Shown here piece after piece: positions 61,806 through 64,000 of a stretch of DNA of 64,000 bases. Under the pieces are notes generated by a model. The model did not search any database, was not told where the DNA came from, and saw only the letters and a list, made by a program, of their open reading frames with translations. Source of the DNA: a bacterium (GTDB lineage: Bacteria; Patescibacteriota; Minisyncoccia; Phycocordibacterales; Phycocordibacteraceae). The first letter of the stretch is position 1; each line of letters starts with the position of its first letter. The stretch covers positions 76,573 to 140,572 of the forward strand of contig JAJZTG010000002.1 in NCBI GenBank assembly GCA_021849125.1. The letters are read 5' to 3'. A program made the position numbers and the translations under genes.

Positions 61806-62358
61806 GTTTGGTTTGCGCTTCTTTTTCGCGTTTCGCTTGCGCGGCCAGATCACGTTCGATGACACCAGCGAACCCTTTCGGGCTGCGCGTCACCGGTTCG
61901 GCGACCTTGTAGGCATAAGGGATGCGGGTAAGGAACTTCTCAAGACGGGTCTTGAGGAAGGCCTCATCCATACCCTTGTAGCGACCTTTGAGGAAGAGCT
62001 CGGCACGGACCCGGTGACCTTCGGCGAGCCATTCGGCTGCCTTTTTGGCCTTGAGGGCCATATCGTTATCGCCGGTGCCGACTTTGATCTGGACTTCCTT
62101 GGTTTCGGAGACCTTGACCTTGGCCTTAGCTACTTTTTCCTTCTTGCTCCGCTCGTATTCGAATTTACCATAATCTACGATCTTCGCAACGGGCGGGTTT
62201 GCCGAGGGCGAGATCTCGATAAGGTCGACCCCGGCCCGCTTGGCGGCTGCCAGAGCCTCGTCGAGCGAAAGAACGCCCAGGTTTTCGCCTTCAAAGCCGA
62301 TTACGCGCAGTTCTACTGCGCGGATCTCGTTATTGATGCGGAGTCGTTCGTTAGCCAC
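61792..62358 (-). CDS. infC: translation initiation factor IF-3
   Basis: Conserved IF-3 sequence. GTG start with no obvious SD, consistent with the known atypical infC initiation. Overlaps rpmI by 14 nt. Confidence 0.9.
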   Translation of the reverse strand: MANERLRINNEIRAVELRVIGFEGENLGVLSLDEALAAAKRAGVDLIEISPSANPPVAKIVDYGKFEYERSKKEKVAKAKVKVSETKEVQIKVGTGDNDMALKAKKAAEWLAEGHRVRAELFLKGRYKGMDEAFLKTRLEKFLTRIPYAYKVAEPVTRSPKGFAGVIERDLAAQAKREKEAQTKHENQ

Positions 62359-62418
62359 TGGGAGTCAGTTAAATATAGCACAAAAATGAGGGAATACGCA
62401 AGGGAAACGAGATGAAAG

Positions 62419-63336
62419 TTATTCTTTACGGAGTTGGTCGGGGGAGGAGAGGACGATCTCGGCTTTGCCTTGGTAACTTTGGATTTTCCCGGTCAAAGTG
62501 ACGGTCGCTCCTTCGTATCGGGAGAGATCGCCGAATTTCTTCACATCATCGGCAAATATGACGCCAGAGAATGAGCAGGATTTGTAGTCGGTGCAGAAAT
62601 CGAGGAAAAGGGTGCCGCTTTTGCTCGTGTAGCTTTTCACGAGCGTGCCGGTTACCGAAGCGTAGTCGCCCACATGCTTCAAAGCCTCGGTATAGGAGAT
62701 TGTTCCTATAGAGACGGGCGCGGCCGCTTGTGCGGCCGCGCTGTTCCCTCGGTATGCTTCGTAAAGCCGTCTGAGGATATCTTCATATGCCTTGCGGAGC
62801 CCGGGATCGGTGCCGATCTCGAGTATCTCATCGTTGAGCGTGGTCGCCGACTGTGTCCAGTTATAGCTTCCGACCGCGTAGGCAGACTCGGTAACGATCG
62901 CTTTGATGTGCATGATGCCATTTCCGGTCGGATGCTTCTCAACGACTACCGGTATGCCTGCCGCGAGCAGTTTCTTGGTGATCGGTGATCCGTAGGTATC
63001 CGTGCTCTGTCCTGAGTCCATCACGCCGCGCACATCGACGCCACGTTTCTTTGCGGCGACTAAGGCATCAGCGATGTTGGGAAGAGTAAAGGTGTAAATA
63101 GCGAAGTAGATCCTGCTTTCGGCAGCGTCGATGAGCGCGATGATCTCCTTATCGTTCTGTTTGGCGTCGAGGCTGTAGAGGACGCGGGTGGTGCCGGCGA
63201 CCGGCACCGTTACGGTTTCTTGCGGGATGCTCGTGCACGCGCCTGATGCCTTCGTGCCGCTTGCGGAATACCCGACTCCTCCGGCAGCGAGCGCGAGAAT
63301 GAGCGCGATTACTGCGCGGACTGATTTTTGTTGCAT
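62419..63336 (-). CDS. secreted phospholipase D-family nuclease (Nuc-like HKD motif) with a C-terminal OB-fold-like domain
   Basis: Signal peptide MQQKSVRAVIALILALAAGG. HKD motif HIKAIVTESAYAVGSYNWTQSA. Confidence 0.7.
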   Translation of the reverse strand: MQQKSVRAVIALILALAAGGVGYSASGTKASGACTSIPQETVTVPVAGTTRVLYSLDAKQNDKEIIALIDAAESRIYFAIYTFTLPNIADALVAAKKRGVDVRGVMDSGQSTDTYGSPITKKLLAAGIPVVVEKHPTGNGIMHIKAIVTESAYAVGSYNWTQSATTLNDEILEIGTDPGLRKAYEDILRRLYEAYRGNSAAAQAAAPVSIGTISYTEALKHVGDYASVTGTLVKSYTSKSGTLFLDFCTDYKSCSFSGVIFADDVKKFGDLSRYEGATVTLTGKIQSYQGKAEIVLSSPDQLRKE

Positions 63337-63356
63337 AGGGCCAGTATACTGTACTT

Positions 63357-64000
63357 ATGGCACTCGTATTCGATATCGAGACGGTGGGGGAGCCGTGGGA
63401 CGCGCTCGACCACACGACGCAGGACAACTTACAACGCTGGATCCGCGAAACCGTACACGACGCGGATGAATACGAACACGAACTGAAACAGATAAAGGAT
63501 GGGCTCGGCTTCTCTCCGCTTACCGGGCGTATCGTGGCGATCGGCGCGTATGATACCGAGCACGGGAAGGGTGCCGTGTACTTCTCGACCGAGGGTGAAC
63601 CGATCGAAACTTTCGAAGAAGACGGTATCAAGTATGAGGCGATGAACGAGAAGGAGATGCTCGAGCGTTTCTGGCGAGTCGCGGACACAGTAGGGGAATT
63701 CGTTTCATTCAACGGTCGCGGTTTCGACGCGCCGTTTCTCGCGATCCGTTCCATGGTGCATGGGCTCGTGCCCGCTAAAGACCTGCTTTCAAGCCGCTAT
63801 CTCGCTTCGCAGCGAGGGTGTCTTCATATCGACCTGCAGGATCAGCTCACCTTCTATGGCGCGATGCGTAAGCGTCCGTCGCTCCATCTTTTCTGTCGTG
63901 CGCTCGGCATCGAAAGCCCTAAGGCGAGCGGCACGACCGGCGACGATGTTGCGGCGCTCTATGCCGATAAAAAGTATCGCGAAATCGCCCGCTACAACGC
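63357..64000 (+). CDS. RNase H-like 3'-5' exonuclease (DnaQ/PolB-exo-like), 5' part; gene continues beyond window end
   Basis: MALVFDIETVGE... (Exo I DxE motif) and FNGRGFDAPFL (Exo II). No stop before the window edge. Confidence 0.6.
   Translation, partial: MALVFDIETVGEPWDALDHTTQDNLQRWIRETVHDADEYEHELKQIKDGLGFSPLTGRIVAIGAYDTEHGKGAVYFSTEGEPIETFEEDGIKYEAMNEKEMLERFWRVADTVGEFVSFNGRGFDAPFLAIRSMVHGLVPAKDLLSSRYLASQRGCLHIDLQDQLTFYGAMRKRPSLHLFCRALGIESPKASGTTGDDVAALYADKKYREIARYN

Overview
This is a dense, high-GC (~60%) bacterial chromosomal segment. The gene content is consistent with a reduced-genome Patescibacteria/CPR-like organism: the S10-spc cluster has no L30, L24 is short, S14 is the long form, there is a type IV pilus module, and cca sits next to CCA-less tRNAs. 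This taxonomic guess is inference, not proof.

Left to right the window contains:
- The pgk 5' end and tpiA.
- A type IV pilus module: two prepilin-like genes, a large beta-helix-repeat pilus-associated protein, and pilC and pilB.
- A divergent pair of unknown genes, then nusA, ppa, clpP and an orphan unknown gene on the opposite strand.
- rny, hup, rarA, a secreted S1 protease and mscS.
- A tRNA-Pro, tRNA-Gly and tRNA-Arg locus with tRNA-3'-end-like repeat units, then cca and xth.
- A Xer recombinase with dif-like palindromes just upstream, then rpsO.
- A NYN protein, a DksA/TraR-like protein, comM, a DUF389 protein, a LysM-M23 peptidase, uvrD/pcrA and rsmA.
- A four-gene operon of secreted or membrane proteins of unknown function, including a TrbL/VirB6-like polytopic protein and a Cys-repeat secreted protein. 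This is the best candidate for an undescribed surface or secretion system.
- The str operon (rpsL-rpsG | fusA | tuf) and the S10-spc cluster through secY-adk-map. These are interrupted three times by short opposite-strand inserts, each with its own terminator.
- ndk, a beta-CASP/MBL RNase, a DUF1653 protein and a lipoprotein.
- The infC-rpmI-rplT operon, a secreted PLD-family nuclease and the start of a DnaQ-like exonuclease.

Rho-independent terminators, many of them bidirectional, are abundant. The many long antisense ORFs in the provided track are high-GC artefacts.
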